Assembly: GCA_963558405.1 (NCBI GenBank)
Contig: CAUWGC010000001.1
Location: 64,001 to 128,000 of the forward strand
Source: an uncultured Clostridia bacterium
Lineage (GTDB): Bacteria > Bacillota > Clostridia > TANB77 > CAG-508
DNA length: 64,000 bases
Direction: 5' to 3'
In this document: piece after piece, positions 32,148 to 43,381 of the stretch
Layout of the letters: each line of letters begins with the position of its first letter
Numbering within the stretch: position 1 is the first letter of the stretch
Program-made: the position numbers and the translations under genes
The notes under the pieces: model-generated
What the model saw: only the letters and a program-made list of their open reading frames with translations
Told to the model about the DNA's origin: nothing
Database searches by the model: none

Positions 32148-33305
32148 ATGGCAAGTAATCGTTTTGTTTTAAACGAAACTTCTTATTTTGGTAGAGGAGC
32201 AAGAGAAGAATTATCAGGAGAAATAAAGAAAAGAGGATTTAAAAAAGTATTTTTAGTAAGTGACAAGTCTTTAGTAGAAGCTGGTGTTACTGCAAAAGTT
32301 GAAGAGGTTTTAAATAATGCAAATATACCATATGAATTATATGATGAAATAAAACCAAATCCAACAATTAAAAATGTAACAGATGGTGTTACAGCATGCA
32401 AAAAATCAAAAGCTGATGTAATAGTAGCAGTAGGTGGAGGTTCAAGTATAGATACAGCAAAAGGTATTTCAATAGTAATGACAAACCCAGACAGAGCAGA
32501 TATAAAATCATTAAATGGATTATCAAATACTGTAAACAAAGGAATGCCTGTAATAGCACTTCCAACAACAGCAGGAACTGCAGCTGAAGTTACAATTAAT
32601 TATGTTATAACAGATGAAGATGCTGAAATAAAAATGGTATGTGTAGATCCAAACGATATTCCAGTTTTAGCAATTATAGATTCAGAATTAATGGAAAGTA
32701 TGCCAAAAGGATTAGCAGCAGCAACAGGAATGGATGCTTTAACACATGCTGTAGAAGGATATATAACAAAAGGACATAATGAAATATCAGATATGTTCCA
32801 TATGAAAGCTATTCAAATGATATTCAAATATTTACCAGCAGCTGTTAATGATAAAAATCCAGAAGCAATAGAAATGATGGGAATGGCTCAATACATTGCA
32901 GGAATGGGATTTTCAAATGTGGGACTTGGAATTGTACATTCTATGGCACATCAATTAGGAGCTGTTTATGATACACCACATGGAATTGCAAATGCAATGT
33001 TACTTCCAATAGTTATGAGATATAATGGTGTTGTTAGTGCAAATAGATTTAGAGAAATTTTAGTAAATATAGGAAGACCAGATGCAGAACATTTAAATGA
33101 TCAAGATGTAATAAACACATTTGTATGGATGATTTCAGAATTAAGCAAACAAGTAGGAATTACAACAACAATTAAAGATTATGGCGCAAAAGAAGAAGAT
33201 TTTGAAATGTTAGCAGAAAAAGCAATGAATGACCCATGTAAACCAGGAAATCCAAGAGAAGTAACAAAAGAAGATTTTATAAATTTATATAGAGAGGCAA
33301 TGTAA
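32148..33305 (+). CDS. fucO: Lactaldehyde reductase (iron-containing alcohol dehydrogenase)
   Basis: RFVLNETSY, GGGSSID, PTTAGTAAEVTINYVITD, GMDALTHA and HG.ANA motifs. Confidence 0.9.
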   Translation: MASNRFVLNETSYFGRGAREELSGEIKKRGFKKVFLVSDKSLVEAGVTAKVEEVLNNANIPYELYDEIKPNPTIKNVTDGVTACKKSKADVIVAVGGGSSIDTAKGISIVMTNPDRADIKSLNGLSNTVNKGMPVIALPTTAGTAAEVTINYVITDEDAEIKMVCVDPNDIPVLAIIDSELMESMPKGLAAATGMDALTHAVEGYITKGHNEISDMFHMKAIQMIFKYLPAAVNDKNPEAIEMMGMAQYIAGMGFSNVGLGIVHSMAHQLGAVYDTPHGIANAMLLPIVMRYNGVVSANRFREILVNIGRPDAEHLNDQDVINTFVWMISELSKQVGITTTIKDYGAKEEDFEMLAEKAMNDPCKPGNPREVTKEDFINLYREAM

Positions 33306-33316
33306 GAATAATATTG

Positions 33317-33349
33317 AATAAAGACGGAATTACTTATTCCGTCTTTATT
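33317..33349 (+). terminator. Rho-independent terminator
   Basis: AATAAAGACGGAAT-TACTT-ATTCCGTCTTTATT. Confidence 0.8.
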
Positions 33350-33432
33350 GATTTTTTTAGTATTTTAGTATATATTAATATTAGAAAAAGTAAAATAATA
33401 TGAGGAAATATTTTAAAGAAAAGAGTGATAAT

Positions 33433-34134
33433 ATGTCCTATATTGAATTTAAAAATGTAATAAAAGAATATAAAATGGGAGAGGTTTCAATAAAAGCCCT
33501 TAATAATACTAATTTTGAAATAGAAAAAGGAGAACTTACAGTTATTGTTGGACCAAGTGGTGCTGGTAAAACAACTGCCCTAAATATTTTGGGAGGAATG
33601 GACAGTGCAACTTCTGGTAAAGTATTAATAGATGGTAAAGATATTAGTAATTTTAAGGGTAAAGAACTTACAAAGTATAGAAGAGAAGATGTAGGATTTG
33701 TATTTCAGTTTTATAACCTTGTACAAAACCTAACAGCACTAGAAAATGTAGAACTTGCAACAGAAATTTGTAAAGATTCATTATCTCCAAAGGAAATATT
33801 AGAAAAAGTAGGATTAAAAGACAGAATGAAAAATTTTCCAGCACAACTTTCTGGAGGTGAACAACAACGTGTAGCTATTGCGAGAGCTATTGCAAAAAAT
33901 CCTAAATTATTACTTTGTGATGAACCAACAGGTGCTTTGGATTACAACACAGGAAAACAGATTTTACAACTATTACAAGATACAGCACGAAAAGAAAAAA
34001 TGACAGTTGTTATTATTACACATAATAGTAGCTTAACACCTATGGCAGATAAAGTTATTCACTTTAAAAATGGAGAAGCCTATGACATTATAAAAAATCC
34101 AAATCCTACACCTATTCAAGAAATTGAATGGTAA
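33433..34134 (+). CDS. ABC transporter ATP-binding protein (LolD/MacB-like)
   Basis: [29 protein letters not shown] and ITH motifs. Confidence 0.93.
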   Translation: MSYIEFKNVIKEYKMGEVSIKALNNTNFEIEKGELTVIVGPSGAGKTTALNILGGMDSATSGKVLIDGKDISNFKGKELTKYRREDVGFVFQFYNLVQNLTALENVELATEICKDSLSPKEILEKVGLKDRMKNFPAQLSGGEQQRVAIARAIAKNPKLLLCDEPTGALDYNTGKQILQLLQDTARKEKMTVVIITHNSSLTPMADKVIHFKNGEAYDIIKNPNPTPIQEIEW

Positions 34135-34148
34135 AGGAGATGATTAAT

Positions 34149-37100
34149 ATGAAAAAAACGTTAATAAAAGATAGTATTAGAGAAATAAAAAATACATTTA
34201 AACGTTTTCTATCTATCCTTTTAATTGTATTTTTAGGAGTAGGTTTTTTTGCTGGAGTAAAAGCAACTAGTCCAGATATGGAAAAAACAATTGATAAGTA
34301 TTTTGATGATACTAATACATATGATATAGAGGTACTTTCTACTTTAGGATTAAAAGATGAAGATATAGAAGAAATGAAAAAGATAGATAGAATAGAGAGT
34401 ATAGAGCCTTCGTATAGTGTAGATGCTTTAGTACATACAGAGTCTAAAGAGATAGTGATAAAAATGCAATCTATGCCAGAAGAAATAAATAAACTTACAT
34501 TACTAGAAGGAAAATTACCAGAAAAAGAAAACGAATGTGTTGTAGAAGAGAGTTTTTTACTTGGCACAAAATATAAAATAGGTGATACTATTACTATAGA
34601 ACCGGAAATGCTTAAAGATGAAGAAGGCAATGATAAATCAATGCTAAAAAATAAAGAATTTACTATTGTAGGAAAAGTACAATCACCATTATACATATCA
34701 CGTTCAAGAGGCTCTAGCAAACTTGGAAGTGGAAAAATAGAATATTATTTATATGTTCCAAAACAAGCAATAGATTTTCCGTTTTATACAGAAATGTATA
34801 TAAAAATTAAAGGAGCAAAAGAATTAAATACGGCAAATAAATCATATGAAAATCTTGTAGAAGAAGTAAAGGAACAAGTAGAAGATGTAGGAGAAAATAG
34901 GAAACAAGCTAGATATGATGAAATAGTAAATGAAGCAAATCAAAAAGTAGATGATGCTCAAAAAACGTTAGATGAAGAAAAACAAAAAGCAGAAACAGAA
35001 ATTAAAGATGCAGAACAAAAAATAGCAGATGCAAAGCAAACAATAGAAAATTCAAAAAAAGAAGTAAATTCACAAGAACAAAAAGCAAACCAAGAGTTTA
35101 AAAATGCTGATAAAAAAATAGCAGATGCAGAAAAAACACTACAAGAAAGCGAAAAACAATTAAAAGAAGCAAAAAAACAGGCAGAAACAGAAATACAAAA
35201 CACAGAAAAAAAATTAGAACAATTGAAAATGTTAAAACAACAATATGATACTCTTAAAGAAGGAATAAAAGAAGTTGAAAGTAATTTAATAACAATACAA
35301 AATCAAATAGACAAATTAGATCCAGATAAAGATAAAAATCAAATTATAGAATTACAAGCAAAACAGAAAGTATTGCAAGAAAAGAAAGAAGAACTAGATA
35401 CAAATAAAAAACAATTAGAAGCTTTAATTACTTCAAATGGAATATCACCAGACAAAATAGATGATACTATTACATCAGCAGAAAAACAAATAGAAAGTGC
35501 AAAAAATCAATTACAAGAAAAAGAAAATCTTTTAGAAAATTCAAAAAAAGAATTAGAAAGTCAAAAGTCTAGTTTACAAAACATTAAAAATAAAACTAAA
35601 ACTCAAATAGCAAATGCAAGAGAAGAAATAAAAAAAGGAGAACAAGAAATATCAGAAAATGAAACAAAATTAGCAGATGCCAAAAAAGAGGCAGACGAAA
35701 AAATTGCAGATGCTCAAAATAAATTAGATGATGCAAAAGATAAAATAAAAGAAATTGAAAAACCAGAATGGTATATTTTAACAAGAAATGAAAATCAAGG
35801 ATATGTAGAATATTTACAAGACTCTGATAGAATTGCAAATATAGGTAAAGTTTTTCCAATTGTATTTTTTGTTGTAGCAGCTCTTATTAGTTTAACATCA
35901 ATGACAAGAATGGTAGAGGAACAAAGAGGACAAATAGGAACTTTAAAAGCATTAGGATATAATAAAATACAAATAGCAGGAAAATATATAATATATGCAC
36001 TTTTAGCAACTGTATTAGGTAGTATTGCAGGTATGTGTGTAGGATTTAATTTAATTCCTGGGCTTATTTTAGATATTTATGGAATGATGTATACAATTCC
36101 TAATAATGTAATAGAATTTAATACATATTATGCTGTTACAGGATTATTAGCAGCTTTAATCTGTACGGTAGGTGCTACTATATATACGTGTACAAAAGAA
36201 TTATTGGGTACTCCTGCAAAACTTATGAGACCTAAAGCACCTAAACCAGGCAAAAGAGTATTTTTAGAAAGAATTACTTTTATTTGGTCTAAATTAAAAT
36301 TTACTCAAAAAGTAACGGTAAGAAATATATTCCGTTACAAAAAAAGATTTTTAATGACAATAATTGGTGTAATGGGATGTACTTCACTTATTGTAGCAGG
36401 TTTTGCACTTAGAGATTCTGTTACTTCTATGATACCATCACAATATGGGGAAATATTTAAATATGGAATGCAAGTATCTATTAAAGATGATATAACAAGA
36501 GAACAGATAGATAAAGAAGCGGAAAAATTATTAGAAAATGAAAAAATAACAGATGTATTAAAAGTAAATATGCAAGCTCTTACAATAGAAGAACCAAGCA
36601 ATAATCAAGATATTCAATTAGTTGTTCCGGAAGATGTAAATAGAATACAAGAATTTATAGAACTGAAGAATAGAAAAAATAATCAAGAAACTTATAAATT
36701 AAATGATACTGAAGTAATAATAACAGAAAAATTGGCAAACTTATTAGATATTAATAAAGGTGATGCTATTTCTATAAAAAATAGTGACGATAAAATTGTA
36801 CAGGTAACAGTTGGAGCTATAACAGAAAATTATCTACTTCATTATGTATATATGTCACCAAAGTTGTATTATAATCTTTATGGTGAAAATGCAAGATATA
36901 ACATGTTTTTAGGTAAAATAGATAATTTAACAAAACAAGAAGAAACAGAGTTAGCAAAAGAAATCTTGCAAAATAAAGATTCAGTATCAGGTGTTACTAT
37001 TTTAAGTTCAACCAAAGATATTTTTAAAGAAATAATGGATAATATGGATTTGGTTGTTTGGATTTTAATTATAGCAGCAGGACTTTTAGCATTTACTGTA

Positions 37101-37445
37101 TTATATAACCTATCTAACGTAAATATTAGTGAAAGAATTAGAGAACTGGCAACTATAAAAGTATTAGGCTTTTACGATAAAGAAGTATATAAATATGTAA
37201 CACGAGAAACAATTATTTTGACTTTAATAGGAATATTACTAGGCGTTGCTATGGGATATTTCTTAAGTATGTTTATTATAAAAACATGTGAACTAGATAT
37301 GTTCATGTTTGATGTTAGAATGAATTTAAGTACATACTTATATGGAATTGGTATTACATTTATATTTGCTACTGTTGTAAATATAGCAACATATTTTGCA
37401 TTAAAGAAAATAGATATGATAGAATCATTAAAAAGTGTTGAATAA
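34149..37445 (+). CDS. FtsX-like ABC permease with a long coiled coil
   Basis: FPIVFFVVAALISLTSMTRMVEEQR.QIGTLKALG and ERIRELATIKVLGF motifs. Confidence 0.92.
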   Translation: MKKTLIKDSIREIKNTFKRFLSILLIVFLGVGFFAGVKATSPDMEKTIDKYFDDTNTYDIEVLSTLGLKDEDIEEMKKIDRIESIEPSYSVDALVHTESKEIVIKMQSMPEEINKLTLLEGKLPEKENECVVEESFLLGTKYKIGDTITIEPEMLKDEEGNDKSMLKNKEFTIVGKVQSPLYISRSRGSSKLGSGKIEYYLYVPKQAIDFPFYTEMYIKIKGAKELNTANKSYENLVEEVKEQVEDVGENRKQARYDEIVNEANQKVDDAQKTLDEEKQKAETEIKDAEQKIADAKQTIENSKKEVNSQEQKANQEFKNADKKIADAEKTLQESEKQLKEAKKQAETEIQNTEKKLEQLKMLKQQYDTLKEGIKEVESNLITIQNQIDKLDPDKDKNQIIELQAKQKVLQEKKEELDTNKKQLEALITSNGISPDKIDDTITSAEKQIESAKNQLQEKENLLENSKKELESQKSSLQNIKNKTKTQIANAREEIKKGEQEISENETKLADAKKEADEKIADAQNKLDDAKDKIKEIEKPEWYILTRNENQGYVEYLQDSDRIANIGKVFPIVFFVVAALISLTSMTRMVEEQRGQIGTLKALGYNKIQIAGKYIIYALLATVLGSIAGMCVGFNLIPGLILDIYGMMYTIPNNVIEFNTYYAVTGLLAALICTVGATIYTCTKELLGTPAKLMRPKAPKPGKRVFLERITFIWSKLKFTQKVTVRNIFRYKKRFLMTIIGVMGCTSLIVAGFALRDSVTSMIPSQYGEIFKYGMQVSIKDDITREQIDKEAEKLLENEKITDVLKVNMQALTIEEPSNNQDIQLVVPEDVNRIQEFIELKNRKNNQETYKLNDTEVIITEKLANLLDINKGDAISIKNSDDKIVQVTVGAITENYLLHYVYMSPKLYYNLYGENARYNMFLGKIDNLTKQEETELAKEILQNKDSVSGVTILSSTKDIFKEIMDNMDLVVWILIIAAGLLAFTVLYNLSNVNISERIRELATIKVLGFYDKEVYKYVTRETIILTLIGILLGVAMGYFLSMFIIKTCELDMFMFDVRMNLSTYLYGIGITFIFATVVNIATYFALKKIDMIESLKSVE

Positions 37446-37476
37446 AAAAGAGGTAGAAATTTTTTCTACCTCTTTT
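37445..37476. terminator. Bidirectional terminator
   Basis: AAAAAGAGGTAGAAA...TTTCTACCTCTTTTT. Confidence 0.85.
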
Positions 37477-38273
37477 TAGGAATCTTTTTGCATTTTATAA
37501 GCAATTTTAAAACATAAGATAAAAAGTATAAGACTAATAAAATGAGAAGTGGTAAATTTAAAACCAGGAAATAGAACAAGTGCAGATCCTATTACAAATC
37601 CTATAATAGAATAATGGGTAGGGGCATAACTTTTTTCTAAAAGAAAATATATAAGTTTAAGAAATAATAAACCTCCTAAAAATAATCCTATACCCATAGG
37701 TAATAATATTGTAAAGTTTAAAGTAGAAATAGCACCTAAGTACATATCATATACACCTAAAATCATTAAAATAGCACTACTACTTATTCCTGGAACAACT
37801 ACTCCTATTGACATTAAGAATCCAGAAAAACATAAAAAAACAAAACTAATATTTGAAGCAGTAAAAAAAGGAAGAGTTTGTTCTATAAAAATAAGAATAA
37901 GTGTAAATATAAGGCTAAATAGTAAATATAGAATATAATGCAATCTAAAACCACTCTTTTTATTTGCTTGCTTAAAAAGAACAGGTAAACTTCCTAATAT
38001 AAGTCCTATAAAACAATATTTTGTTTGAATCTCATAATTTTTAAAAAAATAAATTAACAGATTACCAGATAATATAATTCCTATTAAGCAACCAAGAACA
38101 ATAGGAAAGAAAAAACAAAAATTTTCTTTAGGATTTTTAAAAAAATTTAATACACGATTTATAAATGTTTCATAAAGTCCAAAAATAACTAATAAAACAC
38201 CACTACTAATACCAGGTAAAATAGCACCAGCACCTAAAACAATACCTTTTATACAACTGGATAAAAAGTTCAA
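37476..38273 (-). CDS. DUF368 family membrane protein
   Basis: Two PGISS motifs, multiple TMs; TTG start after AAAGGAG. Confidence 0.88.
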   Translation of the reverse strand: MNFLSSCIKGIVLGAGAILPGISSGVLLVIFGLYETFINRVLNFFKNPKENFCFFFPIVLGCLIGIILSGNLLIYFFKNYEIQTKYCFIGLILGSLPVLFKQANKKSGFRLHYILYLLFSLIFTLILIFIEQTLPFFTASNISFVFLCFSGFLMSIGVVVPGISSSAILMILGVYDMYLGAISTLNFTILLPMGIGLFLGGLLFLKLIYFLLEKSYAPTHYSIIGFVIGSALVLFPGFKFTTSHFISLILFILCFKIAYKMQKDS

Positions 38274-38386
38274 ATTTTATCTCCTTTCTATTATAAAACA
38301 TATAATATAAATTATTTTTTATTTAATTTCTATTCAATAAAAGTTAAAATATGAAAACAACAAAATATTAATATTTTAGAGGTCAT

Positions 38387-38414
38387 GCACTTTTGAAAAA
38401 ATAAAACATATACT
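38387..38414 (+). promoter_or_regulatory. SigE/SigK-type promoter of sigK
   Basis: GCAC-16 nt-CATATACT. Confidence 0.5.
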
Positions 38415-38447
38415 TTTTGTATAGTATTATGAAGCGGAGGTGCCTTT

Positions 38448-39152
38448 ATGTTTGCACTAGGAATTACTCTAACAGGTTTTTTAGCTTTTATAAAATCAGC
38501 TATTTTTGTGGTAGGATATATACAAAGTAGTAATCTATTTCCAGAGCCACTAACTGCAGAAGAAGAAAAAATATATTTAGAAAAATTGCAAAAGAGAGAT
38601 GAAGAAGCTAGAAATATATTGATAGAAAGAAATCTAAGATTAGTAGCACATGTTTGTAAAAAATATAGTTCAACCAATATAGAACAAGATGACCTTATTT
38701 CTATAGGTACCATAGGGTTAATAAAGGGGATAAATAGTTTTGAACCATCAAAAAATGTAAGATTAGCAACATATGTATCACGTTGTATAGATAATGAAAT
38801 ATTAATGTTTTTACGTTCAAATAAAAAAACACAATCTGATGTTTATTTAAATGAACCAATAGGTAAAGACAAAGATGATAATGAAGTAACATTACAAGAA
38901 GTAATTGAAAATGATAATAAAAGTATAGAAGATGAAGTTGATTTAAAATTTAAAGTGAGAAAGTTATATAAAAAGATAAAAGAAGTTTTAAAAGATAGAG
39001 AAAGAAAGATTATAGAATTACGTTTTGGATTAGATGGTAATAAACCAAAAACGCAAAATCAGATAGCAGAGATGATGGGAATTTCTCGTAGCTATGTATC
39101 AAGAATAGAAACAAAAGCTATTGGAAAATTATCCAAGGAAATGGATGAATAA
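38448..39152 (+). CDS. sigK: Sporulation sigma factor pro-SigK (uninterrupted)
   Basis: Hydrophobic pro-sequence; FPEPL, RNLRLVAHV.KKY, DLISIGTIGLIK and GISRSYVSRIE motifs. Confidence 0.93.
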   Translation: MFALGITLTGFLAFIKSAIFVVGYIQSSNLFPEPLTAEEEKIYLEKLQKRDEEARNILIERNLRLVAHVCKKYSSTNIEQDDLISIGTIGLIKGINSFEPSKNVRLATYVSRCIDNEILMFLRSNKKTQSDVYLNEPIGKDKDDNEVTLQEVIENDNKSIEDEVDLKFKVRKLYKKIKEVLKDRERKIIELRFGLDGNKPKTQNQIAEMMGISRSYVSRIETKAIGKLSKEMDE

Positions 39153-39153
39153 T

Positions 39154-39180
39154 AAAAGAGGTGGCAATCCCACCTCTTTG
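39154..39180. terminator. Terminator between convergent genes
   Basis: AAAGAGGTGG-CAATC-CCACCTCTTT. Confidence 0.8.
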
Positions 39181-39183
39181 TCA

Positions 39184-39525
39184 TTATGAATTTTGTTCAC
39201 CTGAAATGATAAATTCATTAAGCAACTTTAGTGTATCTTCCAATCCTTTGACGAATACTTTGTATTCAGCGATAGTAAAATCATCTGAAATGCTAAGTTC
39301 ATTAATTAAATTTACGGTATCTTCTAATCTATCGATGAATGATTTAGATTCATCGATAGTTGAATCACCATGTGGATATAATTGTCTTAATGAACTGTTT
39401 AATCCCTGGACGTAAGCTCCTCTTTCGGATGGTGTTAAGTCTTTAAAAAAAAGTGCGTCATACATTAGTTGGTTGTGTTTCCGCATAAACTGTTGTGAAT
39501 TCAAAATTTCAATAATGCTCATCAA
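39184..39525 (-). CDS. Hypothetical protein (orphan; in-frame CGG at codon 15)
   Basis: RBS AAAGGAG; TTGATT-17 nt-TATAAT promoter on the minus strand near 39604-39632. Confidence 0.65.
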   Translation of the reverse strand: MMSIIEILNSQQFMRKHNQLMYDALFFKDLTPSERGAYVQGLNSSLRQLYPHGDSTIDESKSFIDRLEDTVNLINELSISDDFTIAEYKVFVKGLEDTLKLLNEFIISGEQNS

Positions 39526-39726
39526 TTTCGTCTCCTTTAAATTAAATTGTTAGTAAAATTCTATATCTGCCTAAACAAAGAGACACAAAAATAGAATAAA
39601 TATATTATAGCACAAATTGTAAGAAAAATCAATGGTTAACATAATACTTTAAAATCGAAAACAGAGATTAACATACTTTACATGAAAGATAAATATGTTA
39701 TAATAAACAAAAAAGGGATGATTAAA

Positions 39727-40128
39727 ATGAATGATGAATATAAAAATTTAGAAGAATTTTTGTATGATTTAAGACATAAAAAAGAATGGAGTTATGAAAA
39801 ATTGGCAGAAAAATTTAATTCAGATAAAATACTTCCAGTAACAGTAAAAAAATGGGAAAAAGGATTAAAGTACCCAGATATAAATGAAATCTATAAACTT
39901 GCAGAAATTTATGAAGAAGATCCTAGCAAAATACTATATTATAAGCAATTATCATTAAAAAGTGGAATGAATAGTATCCATGTAATAGTTATAAAATGGA
40001 TAAGCTTTATTTTAAATGTTTCTTTTATAACTGCTACATGGATTTGTATTTCGATATTTGTATTTGCAACAATATATGCTTTTTATGTAATATATAGTGC
40101 AGGGCAAATGGCAAAAAATGTAATGTGA
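39727..40128 (+). CDS. XRE-family HTH regulator with a C-terminal TM segment
   Basis: LRHKKEWSYEKLAE...VKKWEKGLKYPD. Confidence 0.8.
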   Translation: MNDEYKNLEEFLYDLRHKKEWSYEKLAEKFNSDKILPVTVKKWEKGLKYPDINEIYKLAEIYEEDPSKILYYKQLSLKSGMNSIHVIVIKWISFILNVSFITATWICISIFVFATIYAFYVIYSAGQMAKNVM

Positions 40129-40214
40129 GATTATATTAAGTATATAAATTTAGAAGTTCATTTTTTATATAATATACTATTAATAAGGTTTTTTTGGCAA
40201 TTTCATAAATACAC

Positions 40215-40243
40215 TTGACAGTTTACGATAATAAAGCTAAAAT
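40215..40243 (+). promoter_or_regulatory. SigA promoter of rny
   Basis: TTGACA-17 nt-TAAAAT. Confidence 0.65.
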
Positions 40244-40331
40244 AAAATAGTAAGCTAAAATATATTCTAAAAAAATTAGTTATATATATTTATCTGTACA
40301 TTGAAAATTAAATAGAAAGGATGAGAATTTC

Positions 40332-41873
40332 ATGGAAATTATGATTGGAATCATTACTTTCTTAATCTCTGCTGTGATTTTTATACCAATAGGTATGATT
40401 GTTAGAAAAAAAATCGCAGAATCTAAAATACAAGGAGCAGAAGTAGAAGCAAAAAAATTAATAGAAATGGCTAAAATAGAAGCTGAGAATAAGAAAAAAG
40501 AGGAAATATTCAAAGCAAAAGAAGAAATTATGAATGCAAGAGGAGAGTTAGATAAAGAGATTAAAGAAAGAAGAAATGAAGTACAAAGTCAAGAAAGAAG
40601 AATAATTCAAAAAGAAGAAAATTTAGAAAGACGTTCTGAAACTTTTGAAAGAAAAGAAAAAGAGTTAGAAAGGAAAAATCAAGAAGCAGACAAAAAAAAT
40701 GCAGAATTAACTGAAATACTTGATAAACAAATGTCTGAACTTCAAAGAATTTCTAAATTATCTATTGAAGAAGCAAAAAAACAATTATTAAGCGAACTAG
40801 AAAAACAAATTACTGCAGAAAAGGCTACATTAATTAAAGAAATGAATCAAAAGGCAAAAGAAGAGGCTGATAAAAATGCTAAAGAATTAATCAGTTATGC
40901 AATACAAAAGTGTGCAGCTGACCATACTTCAGAAACAACGGTCTCAATAGTAAATCTTCCAAGTGATGATATGAAAGGAAGAATTATAGGACGTGAAGGA
41001 AGAAATATAAAAGCTTTAGAAACTTTAACTGGAATAGATTTAATTATTGATGATACTCCAGAAGCTGTAGTTATTTCAGGATTTGATCCACTAAGAAGAG
41101 AAGTTGCAAAAATTGCTCTAGAAAAATTAATAAATGATGGTAGAATTCATCCAGCAAAAATAGAAGAAATGGTTGAAAAGGCAAAAGAAGAAGTTGAGCA
41201 AACCATTAAAGAAGAAGGCGAAAGAGCTGTTTTGGAAACAGGAGTTATTGGACTTCATCCAGATTTAATAAAATTAATTGGAAAATTAAAATACAGAACA
41301 AGTTATGGACAAAATGTATTAAATCATTCTATTGAAGTATCAAACTTAGCAAGAATAATGGCAGAAGAATTAGGTATTGATCCTAAAATAGCAAGAAGAG
41401 CAGGATTATTACATGATATAGGAAAAGCTTTAGATCATGACATGGAAGGTACACACGTAGAAATTGGTGTAGATATTCTAAAAAAATATAAAGAAAATGA
41501 CCTTGTAATTAATGCTGTAGAAGCACATCATGGAGATGTAGAACCAAAAACTATAGAAGCTATTTTGGTACAAGCAGCAGATGCTATTTCAGCATCTAGA
41601 CCAGGTGCTAGAAGAGAAACTTTGGAAGCATACATTAAAAGATTAGAACAATTAGAAGAAATAGCAGATTCTTTTGAAGGAGTAGAAAAATCTTTTGCAA
41701 TACAAGCAGGAAGAGAAATAAGGATTGTTGTTAAGCCAGAAAAAATATCTGATAATGATATGACTTTGATGGCTAGAAACATTGCAAAAAAAGTAGAAGA
41801 TGAAATGGATTATCCAGGACAAATTAAAGTTAATGTTATTAGAGAATCAAGAGCAATTGAATATGCAAAATAA
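40332..41873 (+). CDS. rny: Ribonuclease Y
   Basis: N-terminal TM, coiled coil, KH domain ([13 protein letters not shown]) and HD domain (LLHDIGK). Confidence 0.98.
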   Translation: MEIMIGIITFLISAVIFIPIGMIVRKKIAESKIQGAEVEAKKLIEMAKIEAENKKKEEIFKAKEEIMNARGELDKEIKERRNEVQSQERRIIQKEENLERRSETFERKEKELERKNQEADKKNAELTEILDKQMSELQRISKLSIEEAKKQLLSELEKQITAEKATLIKEMNQKAKEEADKNAKELISYAIQKCAADHTSETTVSIVNLPSDDMKGRIIGREGRNIKALETLTGIDLIIDDTPEAVVISGFDPLRREVAKIALEKLINDGRIHPAKIEEMVEKAKEEVEQTIKEEGERAVLETGVIGLHPDLIKLIGKLKYRTSYGQNVLNHSIEVSNLARIMAEELGIDPKIARRAGLLHDIGKALDHDMEGTHVEIGVDILKKYKENDLVINAVEAHHGDVEPKTIEAILVQAADAISASRPGARRETLEAYIKRLEQLEEIADSFEGVEKSFAIQAGREIRIVVKPEKISDNDMTLMARNIAKKVEDEMDYPGQIKVNVIRESRAIEYAK

Positions 41874-41895
41874 TCTAATTACATAAACGTATATA

Positions 41896-41937
41896 AAATA
41901 AAAGAGCTTTTAATGATTTAAAAGTTCTTTTATTTTT
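41896..41937 (+). terminator. Rho-independent terminator
   Basis: AAAATAAAAGAGCTTT...AAAGTTCTTTTATTTT. Confidence 0.7.
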
Positions 41938-42019
41938 GTAATATGTTTGTGAAAAGTATTTCAAAATTAAAATAAATAATATATAATAATAAAAATAAAA
42001 ATTGAAAGGAAATGAAATA

Positions 42020-42793
42020 ATGAAAATATTAGCAGTAGGAGATATAGTAGGTGATACAGGATATCAAAAGTTAAAAAAAATATTACCTAAAATAAAGGAA
42101 GAACAAAAAATAGATTTTACTATTGTAAATGGAGAAAATGTAGCAGGTGGTATGGGAATTACTAAAAAACATTTAGATGGAATGTTAGAAACAGGTGCAG
42201 ATGTTATAACAATGGGAAATCACACTTGGGCAAAAAGAGACATTTTTAATTTTATTAATAATCCAAAATTACTAAGACCAGCTAATTATTCTAAAGGAAT
42301 TCCTGGAAAAGGATATGGAATATATGATTGTAAAGGGAAAAAGATTCTAGTAATAAACTTATTAGGAAGAACAGAAATGAATGTTTTATCAGAAAATCCT
42401 TTTATTGTTGCAGATAATTTAATACAAACTTTAAAATCAAAAGTAGATTATGTAATAATAGATTTCCATGCAGAAGCAACAGCAGAAAAAATTGCAATGG
42501 GTTATTATTTAGATGGAAAAGCAAACATAATATTTGGGACACATACACATGTACAAACTGCAGATGAGACTATTTTACCAAAAGGAACAGCATACATTTC
42601 AGATATTGGAATGACAGGACCTGCTTGTTCTGTTATAGGAATGGATGTTAATACTTCTATAAAACGTTTTGTTACTTCTTTACCAGAAAAATATAAAATA
42701 GCAGAAGGAGAAGCTATATTTAATGGATGTATTTTTGAAATAAATGACGAAACAGGAAAAATAATAAATATACAAAGATTAAATGAACGATAA
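42020..42793 (+). CDS. ymdB: YmdB-like metallophosphoesterase
   Basis: GDIVG, NGEN, GNH, DFHAEAT and GTHTHVQTAD motifs. Confidence 0.93.
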   Translation: MKILAVGDIVGDTGYQKLKKILPKIKEEQKIDFTIVNGENVAGGMGITKKHLDGMLETGADVITMGNHTWAKRDIFNFINNPKLLRPANYSKGIPGKGYGIYDCKGKKILVINLLGRTEMNVLSENPFIVADNLIQTLKSKVDYVIIDFHAEATAEKIAMGYYLDGKANIIFGTHTHVQTADETILPKGTAYISDIGMTGPACSVIGMDVNTSIKRFVTSLPEKYKIAEGEAIFNGCIFEINDETGKIINIQRLNER

Positions 42794-42929
42794 ATGCCGA
42801 AAAATAAGAAAATATGACGAAAAGTTTTTCCTTTTTTTACCAAAAAACTATAGACTTTTTTATAAAAATATAATATAACTATACCTGTCAGTAATTGAAA
42901 CAAAATTAAAATTTTAGGAGGCAGAAAAA

Positions 42930-43193
42930 ATGGAAGTTTTAAAAATTTCATCAAAATCAAACCCAAATTCAGTAGCAGGAGCAATTGCAGGTTTAGTAAA
43001 AGAGGCTGATAGAGCAGAAATGCAAGCTATTGGAGCAGGAGCATTAAATCAAGCGGTAAAGGCAGTAGCAATAGCAAGAGGATTTGTAGCACCAGCAGGA
43101 GTAGATTTAGTTTGTATTCCAGCTTTTGCAGAGGTTTCAGTAGAAGGGGAAGACCGTACAGGAATTAAACTTATTGTAGAATCTAGAAAATAA
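42930..43193 (+). CDS. spoVS: Stage V sporulation protein S
   Basis: MEVLKISSKSNPNSVAGAIA...AIGAGALNQAVKA. Confidence 0.97.
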   Translation: MEVLKISSKSNPNSVAGAIAGLVKEADRAEMQAIGAGALNQAVKAVAIARGFVAPAGVDLVCIPAFAEVSVEGEDRTGIKLIVESRK

Positions 43194-43381
43194 GAATGGC
43201 ATATAGGAGCTAGTTAGCAAGTTTAATAAAATGCAATAGAAAATATAGGGGGAAAGTTAAATACTTTTGCCCTTTTTTATTGTATAAAATTATGTATAAG
43301 ATTAAATTACTTTTTTAAAAATTCACTTGAAAAAAATATTATTTTCTTGTATGATAAAAAACGGATAGGGAGAGATGTAAT

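Noticed and set aside
38448-39152. skin-like element interrupting sigK
   Set aside because: sigK is continuous and no recombinase is nearby.
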